A stretch of 64,000 nt of DNA from Xylographa opegraphella (Eukaryota), in the NCBI GenBank assembly GCA_022813865.1, contig JALDZX010000006.1, positions 186,001 through 250,000 on the forward strand. The letters run 5' to 3'. Positions 38,605 to 51,300 of the stretch are shown here, piece after piece. Both the position numbers and the translations under genes were made by a program. The notes under the pieces were generated by a model that saw only the letters and a list, made by a program, of their open reading frames with translations, had not been told where the DNA came from and made no database searches. Position 1 is the stretch's first letter; every line of letters starts with the position of its first letter.

Positions 38605-40360
38605 TTGTGCTTTTTTAGGGGATTAGGGAGGTCTATGGTGTCTGGGGGAGGTGTCGGTTCTGGGGTCGGGATTGAAGGGCCAGTGCTTGGAAATGGAGGC
38701 AGGATTTTGCGAGGATGGAGGGGTGCTTGGAAATGCGATATCGCGATCCAATGCCATTCGTGCCCGGCGAAATCCAGGAGCAAAGAACACCATGACGTCG
38801 AGCTGTCGTCAAGCTCGGACCTACGGGGAGAAAAGAAAACCCGTTGCCGAGGAGGGCAGGATCCTTTGTGGCGCTCACATTAATCTGCTGCATGGCACGA
38901 ACCTTATCACTTGAAGACCGGTGTTTATCACGAATGAATTGCCGACTCTGTTTTGCCACCGTGCTGGTGCTTCCTGGAACGAAAGAAATTACACAATAAG
39001 GGGTATTTCCCGGCTTTGAACTGCTGTAAACCAGGTACGTGGTACGGAATGGTAGTAGGTAGGGCGATAAAGACAACTGTGTTGTGGCTGGCCGCCACAT
39101 CCCGGCGTTACTTCCGGTGTTCTGGCAACGAGTGGAGCTTAAAAAGATTCGCCACTCCACCCCCACAACTCATTCTACTAGGGAGTCCGCTCCCTTGGCA
39201 TCAGATGATTACCACCTCCTGCGTCAGCAAGGATAGTGATCGTACCTTGGCCGAAGCGACCTGGAGCAGGACTCCTCCGGTCAGAATCGAGTTGATGTCG
39301 AAACAAATGCCTGCACGGAGGAAGCCGATGATATCGGGGTCCGGGTCACAGGCATCTGGTGTAAAAATATCTAAGCGAGCTTGATGAAGGGGTGTTCTGC
39401 AGATCTTGACCGGAAAGCTTTTTCTAGCTCGACTCTATATTTGTACCACATGGAAAAAGGTGATCGGCATTGCTTGAAGAAGACTTCCAATTGCAAACCC
39501 GTATGGACCGTGGTCGCGTTCATGCATAGCAACAATGTGAAAGGGGCGGCGTCGTGGCGAAAGCCAGGCGGAGTCGCAGAGATGTTCAGGAGGCAGCTTA
39601 TCTACAGCTGTAACACGATGCCTGCCACGGCCAACTCAATTCTGCGTGCACATGGAATCTGAGCAACGGGAAAACGGTATTCTTAGACAGCAAGCGACGC
39701 TTCGGAGCGGAGCGGCTCCGACAGCGATGCAGATCCTTCGCACAGCTGCCGCTTAGCTTCAGGGGACGGAAGACGCAACGGTGTGCCGGGAAGACGTCAT
39801 GTATCGTGTAGTGTTGACTGTTTTTGGGGGTACGGAACATCTGGGACCCTCGACGTTGACTCACGAGGCACTTGCGTACACTTTTTCGTCGCTGCTGCCC
39901 ATTACTAGGCAAGTTGAGGGATCGGCTGCGCGTGATGCCTCAGCTGTCGGTTCCTCCTTTGCCGTGTCGCGGTCGCGGTGAAGCAGACTCAATTGAACTC
40001 CGCGTCGCGGGTATTGGGCCGGAAAGACCTGAGCCACCATGCGAACACTCCCCCTCCTTCTCGCTGCGGGCGGCCGCGTGGGCACACGAGCCCAGACATC
40101 AGATCGCCCTTTCGGCTCGCGAACCGTAGCGACGTTTTGCTGGTAGCCTTTCCTCGCGACTTCCACAGTACTACTCCTGTAGCAGCGGGAGTGGCCCTTG
40201 TGGCGCGTTGGACCGTTGGAGACTAACGGTGGCTCGACCGCGTCATACCTTACCTTTAATGGGTTGGGGGGGGGTGTGGACGGCTTCTCAGCGGTCGAAA
40301 AGCTTCCACCGGGAGCGTGGTGGGTGGTGGCCCTCTCGCGTGTTTGCGTTGCCCTGCTTG

Positions 40361-40402
40361 CTTCCTGCTTCCTGCTTCCTGCTTCCTGCTTCCTGCTTCC
40401 TG
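40361..40402. repeat. 7 bp tandem repeat (CTTCCTG) x6
   Basis: Direct reading. Confidence 0.95.
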
Positions 40403-41856
40403 CCTGCTCCCGTCCTCACCAAGCTCCAGCCCGGAGTTTTCCCTGCTTGAGACGGGGCCGGGATTGGTTCGTGACCCGACTGAGTGAGTAGTCGGTCTTC
40501 CCTAATGTATCTACCTTACCTTCCACCTTACCATCTCCACTTGGCCCGGTCTGGACCGCGGAAAACGTCAATCATCCATCAGCCATGAGGCCAGGGTCCA
40601 GATCTTCGCGCTGTTGTGGCTCTCCCTCTCTCTTTCTCTCTCCTCCCCCCCCCCCACCCCCCGGCTCTGAGAAAAGTCCCTCTTTCATCCTTACGGCCCG
40701 CCACACCCTTCACTCTTTCAACTCTCTTTCACGCTTTCCGCCTCCCAAAGATCCTTTCCCTTTACCCTTCCCCCCCTTACCTCCCCCAATCCATTGATCT
40801 GCCCTTGAACGGTATCAACCCACTCACAAGCCTCGTCATGGCCCTGCAGCCGTGGTGCTCGACACCAATGCATCATCCTTCTCTCTTTCTTGGACGGGTT
40901 ATAATTACTATTCACTCTCCCTACCGCCCTGCTCCCCCAGTGTTGCAGATCGGCCCTCTCCAGGGCCCACCAGTGCTGCTTCTATTACGGGCTCAACGAC
41001 TCAGAACCTTGTCACGCTTCTCCTGCTCCCCTCTCCAACGCCAGACCGCTCGGGACGATTGCCTTCCTTCCCTACCACTCTCTCCGGCACAACGGGAATC
41101 CGAATGCTGCCCTCAGTCCCTCGTCGCTGCACCGCCTTGACAAGCTGTAATCCCGGCATCTTCCACTGGCGCCAGCGCTCTGTAGCCAATCCGATCTGCT
41201 GCTCACCCTTCGCCTCCCGTCGTCTGAGCATTTACATGTCTGGGACTCCAAACTCACACTAGCCTTCATCCACGGTCCACGCCCATAGCCCAAAACGGAG
41301 CTTTGTCCTTTCTATCATCCCTCCGCTGCTGGACCGATGCTTCATCTACCGTAGTCCAGAGCCAGCGTTGGACTTCGCCATCCGCTTAACGAACTTAAAA
41401 CAGCTGTCAGCGCTTCCTGCTCTCTGTATGGTCCGTTCGTCGTGAAGCTATTTCCAACCTTCACAGAGCCTCTGCTTCCCTTTCAGGGTCAAGCCAGTGA
41501 TATTCGACCGATCAGCAACTGACGGTCCTGCACTTGGCAGGGGCTCGGAAGCTCATACCACTTTCGTCCAGTTCTACTCCCCAATCCAGCCTTTCTCTTT
41601 GCACATCACCCTTCTTCCGTCGTTTTATTCTCAAAATATCTTTCTTCGGTCTTCACCCATTCCGATCATTGCCACGTATCGATCTTCAGTATACACTGAC
41701 CGCGAAGATACATAGGGGGAACGTGGAGATCAGGTACAGTGTTTCAGGAACCAAAACCGATAGCTTTTTTTCTTTTCAATGTGAGCATGGACTGACATGG
41801 CCTTCTTCTGGGTGCAGCAGTGGTGGGCAATACCTGTGATTCTGGAGGAGCCTCGA

Positions 41857-44091
41857 ATGGGAGACGCACAACGGGACGGCCGCAGGCTGCCCTCGGGGAG
41901 GATGATAAGCAATCAGGGCCAGCAAGGGCAGCCTGACGACACTGAACACCCCAGTGTGACAGGTAGTCGACCTCATTTCGATCCGCCATTCACCGTGGCC
42001 AGCCGACACACACCACTGACTCTGAAGCAGAACGGATATCGAACACCAATGCGCCGTACGACTTTCATCTGCAGGCGCCGACGCCACAACAACGACTCAA
42101 TCAAGGGCAGCTGTTCAACCTGCCTGGACAGCCACAAGGTCCGCCAAATTACAGCCAGGAACGACTGGAGGAAAGTTTTGACATGCGATCAATGGCTGGC
42201 GCGTTGCCAAACTATCGTTCTGGATTGCAATCTCTCGATCCCTTACACACTCAGCAACGATTTCATCCCAACGCGTCCTCGACTCCACTGCACCAGCACC
42301 AGCAGGTCTCTCAGCTGACTGGACAGGGCATGGGCAGCAGTCCAGGCTACGGTTCTGGGTTTCCACCCCAATATCTGCCCCCATACCTCCAAGGCCAGCA
42401 GGTCACATCTGGCTCGCAGCAGTACGGGCAGCCGCAGGCAAGCCATCAATCTCGAACGATACTCCCAAGTCCCATACAGCCACCTTATCCCGGCGGATCT
42501 TTCTTTCCTGGTCAACAGTCGACACAACCTTATGCGTATTATTCGAGCTCATTCGGACAAGCAAGTCCTTCGCAACAGGCCTTCCAAGGTTCGTTTTCGG
42601 CTGCATCTTTTTCCTGTCTTGCGAAGCATACTAAATTGTGCCTTGAAAAGTATCCAACAGACAACAGGAGAGTCCAATAAATATGTTGAGTGGCGGATTC
42701 CCGTCTCAAGCCAATTTTGCACCAGGAGGAGTAGCATACGGCTATAGTACCAGTGGGCCCTACCTTCGGGCAGATGGTGCTCCGGGTATGTGAACCCGCG
42801 CGGGTGACGATTTAGGTACACGGTTGCTAATTAGCACATCTCCAGTTCCCAACAGGGAAGGCTCTGGTTCCAGCGCTGGCTCTGCGACCGTGCCGTCTGC
42901 GCATCGAGGCCCACCACGCAAGCCCAAGCAATCCGGGCACGCTCTTTGGGTGGGTAATTTGCCTCCGGGTACGCAGGTGACTGATTTGAAAGACCACTTC
43001 TCGCGAGATGCAATCCGAGACATTGAAAGCGTTTTCCTCATCTCAAAAAGCAACTGCGCGTTTGTCAATTACAGGACAGAAGCTGCTTGTGCTTCGGCAA
43101 TGACGCGCTTTCATGACTCTAGGTTCCAAGGTGTACGTTTAGTCTGTCGGTTGCGCCGGAATGCTGCCGCCCCTGCGCCAGGCGTTCCGACCGGACCAGC
43201 TGCACTCGCTCCTCCCGTCGCACAGGCACAAACGGCTACGGAGGCGATTCTTCAGAACCGGGAAGTTTCCTCCAAAGCTGAAGAATCTGCACGGCAGGTT
43301 GGAGGAGCGGGAAAAGTGAATGACAAATACTTCATAGTCAAGAGTCTCACGGTCGAGGACCTGGAACTCAGCGCACGAACTGGCGTTTGGGCAACCCAGG
43401 CGCACAATGAAGAGGCACTGAACAAAGCTTTTGAAGTGAGATATCAAACGCGCTGACCATTCGGACTTCCGCTGATGACCTTTTCTAGAGCGTCGAGAAC
43501 GTTTACCTCATTTGTTCTGCGAACAAGTCAGGCGAATATTTTGGCTACGCGAGGATGGCTTCTCCCATCAACGACGACGCTGCTGCGACCCTCGACTGGG
43601 CGCCCCGAGCGGAGGCAGTACCGGAGGATCCTGACCTTCCACGATCGATACCGACCCCGGCCACAGAGTTTGCACCAAAGGGTCGTATCATCGACGATTC
43701 CGCGCGAGGAACGATATTTTGGGAGGCGGAGCCGATGGATCAAGAGCTATTGCCCGGAGCTGATACTGGAGATTCCAAAGGTGAAGCAAGCCCGGATGAG
43801 GCCGACGATGGTCCAGCAGAAACACCCGCGGGTGCACAGGCTTTCGGGAAACCCTTCAAAATTGAGTGGTTGTCCACCAACCGGTTGCCCTTCTATCGTA
43901 CTCGAGGTCTACGGAACCCTTGGAACGCAAACAGAGAGGTTAAGATTGCAAGAGATGGAACGGAGCTAGAAACAAGTGTTGGGCGAAGATTGGTTCAGAT
44001 GTTCCACCGACCGATGGGCAGTCCTGGTGTGCCGCAACCCATGCCTGGAATGGGCATGCAGATGGGCTACGCTCCAATGAGACCATACTAA
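41857..44091 (+). CDS. RRM plus YTH-domain (YT521-B-like) RNA-binding protein
   Basis: Five exons (introns 41963-42030, 42589-42650, 42786-42844, 43436-43488). Q/P/Y-rich N-terminus; RRM (ALWVGNLPP, SNCAFVNY); YTH (YFIVKS, VWATQ, SANKSGEYFGYARM, FKIEW, NREVKIARDGTEL). Confidence 0.9.
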
Positions 44092-45306
44092 GACACCTTG
44101 GCTCGACTCGGCATTTTTTCAGAAAAAGTCGCAGGACCGACGTTCACATATCTCGATTCACATCTTGAATATAGGAGGCTATCCTCTCTGGTCATGTATC
44201 CTGCAAGTCGGGGTTCGAGGCCGGGTTGCGCTGTCCTGTATCATTTGTACAAACTACTTTCTAATGCCGGAGCAACGATTTACATGCCGTGTATTACATA
44301 ATGGCGACACGAGTGACGTGGTTGATACAAATATGAGGACTTTTGACCGCATCCTTTTTTGAAGTTGTGGATCGTTCTTGAGCGGGGAGGTGGCTCGATG
44401 TGATTTTCTTCGTTTGATTGAATGCACGCATTTCATTTGACTATCGGCTTTACTCCATGAACCCCAGACGAGCCAGACGAATTTTGACGTTGAAGCGACG
44501 AGAACAGTTTCAGCAGTCCTGTTCCTCGTATAATTTTCTGTCGTTTATTTTACAGAATGTGAGGGCTCTGATTTTGCTTTTTCGTGAGGGGTTTTGGGGG
44601 GAATCTGCCCTCCAGACTTGGGATGCTGTCTGGTTTTTTTCCCCTCGAGACTGGGGATAGAGAAACAGCCATTCTAAAGACCTGCAAAAAATGAACGCGA
44701 TAGCCACCTGAAGTCATTGATAATGTAAGTCGGGGTAGGGATGGTTTTTGCAAAAGGGACGGCGGACGAGAGGGTCGCTGATGGGTGATTGTCGTGCTGC
44801 ATACAAAATCCCATGGCGCGTGAGGTGTCGTTGAATGTTATTCATTAGGTGGACTATGGACGGTGATGTAAGGTAGCTATATAGACGCCCTACTTCTTTA
44901 TGTATCTTGTGGAGCCTCGGAACCTCACGGCCTTACGGCCCACATACAGCGGCGTCACATATGTAGAGTTTTGTGGCCCTGTTCTTTTTTTCTAACGTTC
45001 GGCCACGAATCTCTCTGCGGAGGGTGTTGCTCCCCACCCTGAGTGGGTTTTGCCGAGGGGGATGTAATCGCTGGATGGGCCCGGGGATGGGTTGGGGCGC
45101 AAACGCACTCGGGGATGTTGGAATGGAATATCTGTGGGGGTTTGTAGATTCGGTGATAATGGGGGGGTTATATGGCTGTGACTTTGTTGTTTTTCTTTTT
45201 TTTTCCTTTTTCTGGGCCCCTTTTTTGTTGGGGGGGGGTTTGGGACGTCAGGCTCTGGGTTGGCTTGACCTAATTCGCTAAGGGGATGTAAACATTCCAG
45301 CCACAG

Positions 45307-45413
45307 TTGCCTCAGTCCCTCAGACGTGGCAAGCACTTTTAACTAGGTTGTTAGCAAAATAAGAGCATTAACCCGCAGGGGCTTAGTGCGCCACGTCTGA
45401 GGGACTGAGCCAA
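45307..45413. mobile_element. Miniature inverted-repeat transposable element (107 bp, 24 bp TIRs, 8 bp TSD)
   Basis: Left TIR TTGCCTCAGTCCCTCAGACGTGGC (45307-45330) and right TIR GCCACGTCTGAGGGACTGAGCCAA (45390-45413), one mismatch. The direct repeat AGCCACAG abuts both ends (45299-45306 and 45414-45421). Confidence 0.85.
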
Positions 45414-45573
45414 AGCCACAGGGAACGGAAGTTGGGGATGACATAATGGCCAAGCTTTATGCAACAGCCACACCGTGGCGGAGACCCTTGCGCTCACAGT
45501 AGAACCACTGCATTTTAACAACGATTTCTCAATTCCAAGGGTAGCGGCTTAAAGCATACTCTTTTCCAACCGA

Positions 45574-47467
45574 ATGGCAGAGTCTTCCCCACCACACAAT
45601 CCGTCGTTCCGCATTGGCGCTTTACCAGGCTTCCTGCCACTCTCGGAGGATCTCGTGCCCGGATCCACTCGCGGGCAGAAGCTCCCTGCGCTCATCCAAA
45701 GCAGGTCGACGGCGAATCTGCATGACATCCGAAACCAGGCGCGGCGGCCGCCAAGCTTCACCCGAGCCCGGACGGGATACGATGGACAGGATGACGAGGA
45801 GAGTCGGGGCGACGAGAGTTCCCGCCGAGGAAGCTCGGAGGACATAGCTAAGAAACGCCTGCAGAGGTTGATGAGCGTTGGTGCGGAGGTGCTGATGACG
45901 CCGCAAATGCGAAGCATGCGATTGATTGGAAATAGTAACCCGAGGTATCAATGGTAGGTCTTGTCTGTCCATCAGGAGTGCTCTGGGGGGGAGGCGCAGT
46001 GGTTCTTTCGTGACACCCTGACGCGTTACGGTTAAAGGGAAAAGTATCACAAGTCGGCGGAGGAGCTGAAGAAAATGAGGAAGCCCGTGTATGCCAAGAG
46101 GGAGTTCTCGGATCAGTGATTTGCGACTGACGTCCTCGCAGACGCGAATACTACGAGCGGAACAATTTCCTCATTTCCCAGTATCTTTATATCGATAGAC
46201 TGCTGGACTCTTCGCTGCCGCATAATTTGCTCAATGAATACAACCAGGCTACAGATCCACACATTCCTCCTACCATCAACGAAGAAGCCTCCACTCCTGA
46301 CGACAACAAAGACTTACCCGCAGACCACAAGGACAACGTCGCCGAGAATGGCTCGAGTCATCCCAACAAAATGACAAGGACGCCAAAGGCACTCTACCAT
46401 ATCCCAGACACGGACGAGAACACGCCTTTGTTGGGGGACAATGTTCACGATGGACCCAAAGCGTCTGAATTGGAAGCCGCGGAAGACGACGGAGCCGAAA
46501 GTGGAAGCTCGATTGTGACAGTCGCCATCTATATAAACATGGCTGCCAATATAGTGCTGCTTGTAGGCAAAATCATCGTTATCGTTCTAACAAGCTCTCT
46601 GTCCGTTCTTGCGTCCTTGGTAGATGCCGCTCTTGACTTTTTGAGTACCGCCATCGTGTGGACGACCACGAAAATGATATCGCAAAAGGATCAGCACAAG
46701 TACCCCGTGGGTCGACGACGCCTCGAACCTATCGGCGTCCTTGTGTTCTCCGTCATCATGATCACCGCCTTTTTCCAAGTGGCGCTCCAGTGTTTCCAGC
46801 GCCTGACGTCCGACGATCGTTCCATCGTGCAGCTCACGCTTCCATCCATCATCATCATGGCCCTCACGGTCGTCATCAAGTTCGGCTGCTGGCTCTGGTG
46901 CCGCTTCATCAAGAACTCCAGCGTGCAAGCTCTGGCGCAGGACGCCATGACGGACGTCGTCTTCAACATCTTCAGCATCATCTTCCCGATCGGTAAGCCC
47001 CTCTTCCCCCTTCCTTCCCCCTTACCACAACCAATCACACCCGACCCATCCACTCACCCCTCCGCTCCCCCACAGTCGGCTACTACGCCTCCCTCTGGTA
47101 CCTCGACGCCCTCGGCGGCCTCCTGCTCTCCCTCTTCGTCATCTCCAACTGGGCCCGCACGTCGGCGGCCCACATCCGCAACCTCACGGGCGCGGCCGCG
47201 TCCGCGGACCAGCGCAACGTGCTCCTCTACCTCACCATGCGCTTCGCCAAGACCATCACCCAGATCCAGGGGCTGCAGGCCTACCACGCGGGCGACAAGC
47301 TGAACGTCGAGGTCGACATCGTGTTGGATGGGAGCATGCATCTGCGCGACAGTCATGATCTGGGCGAGAGCTTGCAGTATGTGTTGGAGAGCGTGCCGTT
47401 TGTCGAGAGGGCGTTTGTTCATCAGGATTATCGGAGTGATAATTTGCCGGGGCATATGGAGCAGTAG
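45574..47467 (+). CDS. Cation diffusion facilitator, Mn-CDF (MTP8-11-like) clade
   Basis: Four exons. SLSVLASLVDAALDFLS (DxxxD in TM2), YPVGRRRLEP, QDAMTDV (DxxxD in TM5) and C-terminal dimerisation domain SHDLGESLQ...VERAFVHQDY. Confidence 0.9.
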
Positions 47468-48345
47468 GATGGTCGGGGTGGGATTTGGGATGTGTGTTCT
47501 TTAGGGTTGTATGGAGGTATACGCCGGAAGTTTTTAGAATTCACTATTGTAATTACATGGGGATTTTGCCGTCAGTTTAGTAACGTTGTTTTGGAGGACA
47601 GGGCACAAGACTACTCGATATCAGCAGGGACACATCCATTATAAGTTCCCTAGATAAGCTGAAGATAGCTGATCGTGTAAGAACAGCGAGTACCGTAATT
47701 TATTTATTAATCTTACACCGATGTAGTCCCTTGTAGGATCTACGCGGGAATAAACTATAGTATACGGTATCTGTGAGCAGGGTGACCATCTGGGGAAAAA
47801 ACATGTTCCTCTTTACGCCTCCCATGCGTTTGGCCTTCGCATAATCTGTAGTACTTGTGAGTACTGTGATTATTGACGGATTTTGAGGACTTTTAGTATC
47901 TGGTTCCATATGTGAGGATTTTCTATTGTCCGGCGTAGATATGCCATAGTGTTTGGTGCTTCATGTGGTCATTGGTCAGCAGCTATGCGTAAACCGGGGT
48001 GTCAACACTAAGGCCATACCGGGCTTAGAGCGTCACCCTTGTCGATAGCTCCAAGTCAGCCCCGTTCCGCTATTCGCGCCATCCAGGCGTTCTGACGAGA
48101 TTACGGTTCTCCCGCCGAGCGGCCGTACTGCTCTATGGAGGAATGAGTAACTGGCATCGTTTCTGACAGTTACCCTCGGTTCATTTATTTTGTTTCCAAT
48201 GCATATACATATGTTTGTGCCCGTTCACAACGAGAAGCGTTTTGGCAAGGCATAAGAGTTTGAGCGTGAGACCTGGTCATGCGCCTCAACCACCAGAGTC
48301 GCCGCTTCACCGCCCGTACCTACTTGCAGAGTCTCCTGGCGCGGT

Positions 48346-51300
48346 ATGCAGGCACCTCGTCAGCCAGCACCCTATATTGGGTCTCCAGCTTTGAGTACGA
48401 AGTCTCCACCGTTGAGTAAATACTTCCAGACACCTCCTGGCCGCAGCTCGCCAATCCTGTCCAATGTGCAAGGTGACCCGCCCTCTTACCCAATATTGAC
48501 TTTCTGCTGACGACTTTGTGGCAAAGGTAATCTCGTTCCAAGTGGCAGCTCCGAGTCATTGCCTTCCCTGCCACCACGCCCGTTCGCTGGTCCTCCATCC
48601 GCCAGATGGGATCAGGATGGTCCTCAGAAGCCAGAGACGGGACAGCCGCGTTTCTCGCCTGGGATACCGGTATCGCCGCCTTTCGCTGGACACTCGCAGT
48701 TAGCGTCATACAATCCTCAGCTCTACGGATCCGTACGGGGTGGGCCGAATTCGCCCTTGGGGCCTCCACGTGCTCCAACTGGGAACCCTGGAGCTCAACC
48801 TGACACATCTAAGTGGGGCGTCAAGTTCAGTCATGGCTACTCGCGAAGTCAGGGTCAGAGTCCGAAGCCGTCTTTACCTGTAAGTCGGAATTGAATGACC
48901 GGTGTAGGAAACGTATGTTGGAGTTTTGTTCGCGACGCTGATATATGGTGACATTCCAGCCTAGACCGAGGAGCGGTGTACCAGATGCTGTCGAGCACGG
49001 TCGCTCACCGTCTAACTCATCAACGAACGACGGAGGGGGCTATCAGCTTCGGCCGGTAGCCTACGACCCGAATCCTTCACTAGATGTCCGTGAAGACGAT
49101 AGACAATCATGGAAGCAAGGCGACGATTTGGAATCTATGCAACCGAGCCCTCCACTTCATCCTCCACCGAAGCCTCCCAAAATTCCTCAAGGCGTACGAC
49201 AGGAAAGCTCACGAGAAAGTGTACGAGCCGCACCACAACTGCCGCCTCTGTACTTCGAGTCACAGCCGCATGTTCAGCAACAGGACTTTGCGTATTCAAA
49301 GCGCCCTGCACAGAACACTGGACATGCCAATGAGTTTATCAGTCAGAGGCAGGTGCAGCCACCACCTACAAAGATGTCTCCTCCATTTGGCCACTCGACG
49401 AATGCAGCCTCGGCGAGTTACATATCACGCACTCCGGTACTGACATCAACTGGCCAGGCTCTGGATCAGACTCATCAACAATCCCAAACTATGGGCGGTC
49501 TTGGCAGCGATGAGCGCACAAAAGCTGCACCCAGACCTCATGACACTCGCCCTGAACAACGAGCTCAAGCTATAACGATTCCACAGCAGCTGAAGGACCT
49601 TGTTCGTGAGGATCTGGAAGAGTCCAATAACTCCTTCTATTTCCACTCTCCACAGTCATCGACAGACGGCTCCCACGAACGAAGTCCCAAGATACCAGCA
49701 GCCGATTCCAACGGTGTGCTTTCTTCAAAGACCGTGAATTCAGACTACGGGCTCTCAAGCGCGTCTGCGCTCGGGTTTGGCGGTCCATCAGATTGGGAGC
49801 GTTTTGGTGATTACGATGCCGAGGAAGTTGATGACCTGGATCTCTACGTATCTGCCAAGCCAAAGACGGCGGAGCTGCCAGCCACGACTTCCCCTGTTGA
49901 AGGACCCCGCAAAGAAGAACAGACTCCTCCTTTACAACCTGAACCACCGAAGTCACTAGAACCTTCACTTGTCGAAGATCACGCCCAGAAAGAGGATCCT
50001 GAGCCAGTAGCATTGGAAAGATCGGACCATACGCCGGCCACCACGCATCACGAACCGCTTGTAGGCTGCTCCAGCGTCGAAGGGATTGCCCACGTACCGA
50101 AAAGCGATTCGCCTCAACTTCCGCTTTCTTTACCAGGGTCCACCCTTGCGTTGGGAGACGAAACTCTTGGCGATGGGACATCAGACCACGAAAGTGAAGA
50201 GACAACCCCTTTAGCTGCAAACCAGAATGCAAAGATCATTGGAGAACCGGAACAAGAAGTCGAAGTGACCACATTTCCAATTGGTGACAGGAACGAGGAG
50301 AACTTCCGTCGTGATGAGGGAGGGCTTCGAGGACGGTTTGCCGACGTAAAGACCATGAAGTTCACCAACTCTGATGACGAAGATGAAGCGAGTACTACGC
50401 AAGACGACCATACTGGCGAAATCTTGCCCGTGTCGTCTCTAGATGAGGACGGCGAAGGCAGAGACGGTGAGCGTCTGGACAAGGTATCTGTTTTCAAAGA
50501 ACAGGGCCAGACAGATACCGATAATTACGATAATGCTTATCCAGGCGAAGGTATCAACGCGGATCTGGATGAAGGTAAGGATGATGATGGTGGCGAAGAT
50601 ATCATCATCTCTCTTCACATACCCGAAACTCCAGACGAGTTCATTACAAGGCCATCACAGCCTAATGAAAATTGCATGGGAAGAACGGACATGGAATCTC
50701 AGACGCTTACAACACGACAACGGGGCCTCTCAGCGCTGGATCCTTCGGCTTCGGATAATCGTCGCTCAAACAGACATAGCTACTTCCCGAAATCAGTTGA
50801 GATGGAAGACCCCTACGCTAATCTTGACGCCTGGGCCAAAGCATCGCTGAATCGCTACGTCAAGATGCTACATGAAGAAAAGCAGGCGGATACGGACGAA
50901 GAGCGATATTCAATATTCACAAATTTCACTCGGCACGAAACCCAATTGAGAGCCGTGTTGTACGACATGGACGATGAGCAAGAGTCTGTGGAACAACCAC
51001 CTGCGAAGCTCGTTCCACTGAAGGCAACTACCAGTCTCTTAACGCTACGGCCGAGCATCAAATCCAAGGCGCTTCCCGCACTTCCGCCAGGAATCCGGCA
51101 ACCTCCACCTCTCGATACCAAGAAATCCATTAGCAAGCTGGAGACAACGTCGCGTATTGTTGAGGAATCCGATCACACCAGCCTCCAGAAAGCTGTAGAT
51201 GATTCTCAGCCAGATTCTGTCCACATGGGTTCAGATGGACCAGGCTCGGTTCCACGTGGTGGATCGGCTGACTCTTATGTCATGGTCGACTCGCCTAGTA

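Noticed and set aside
41797..41856. Upstream in-frame ATG (MAFFWVQQ) as the YTH gene start
   Set aside because: It lies between a branch site and acceptor of a probable leader intron; ATG 41857 is preferred, though unproven.
44212..44230. GGTTCGA T-loop-like motifs here and near 8205, 12503 and 60662 as tRNAs
   Set aside because: I could not build a T-stem, acceptor stem or A-box around them.
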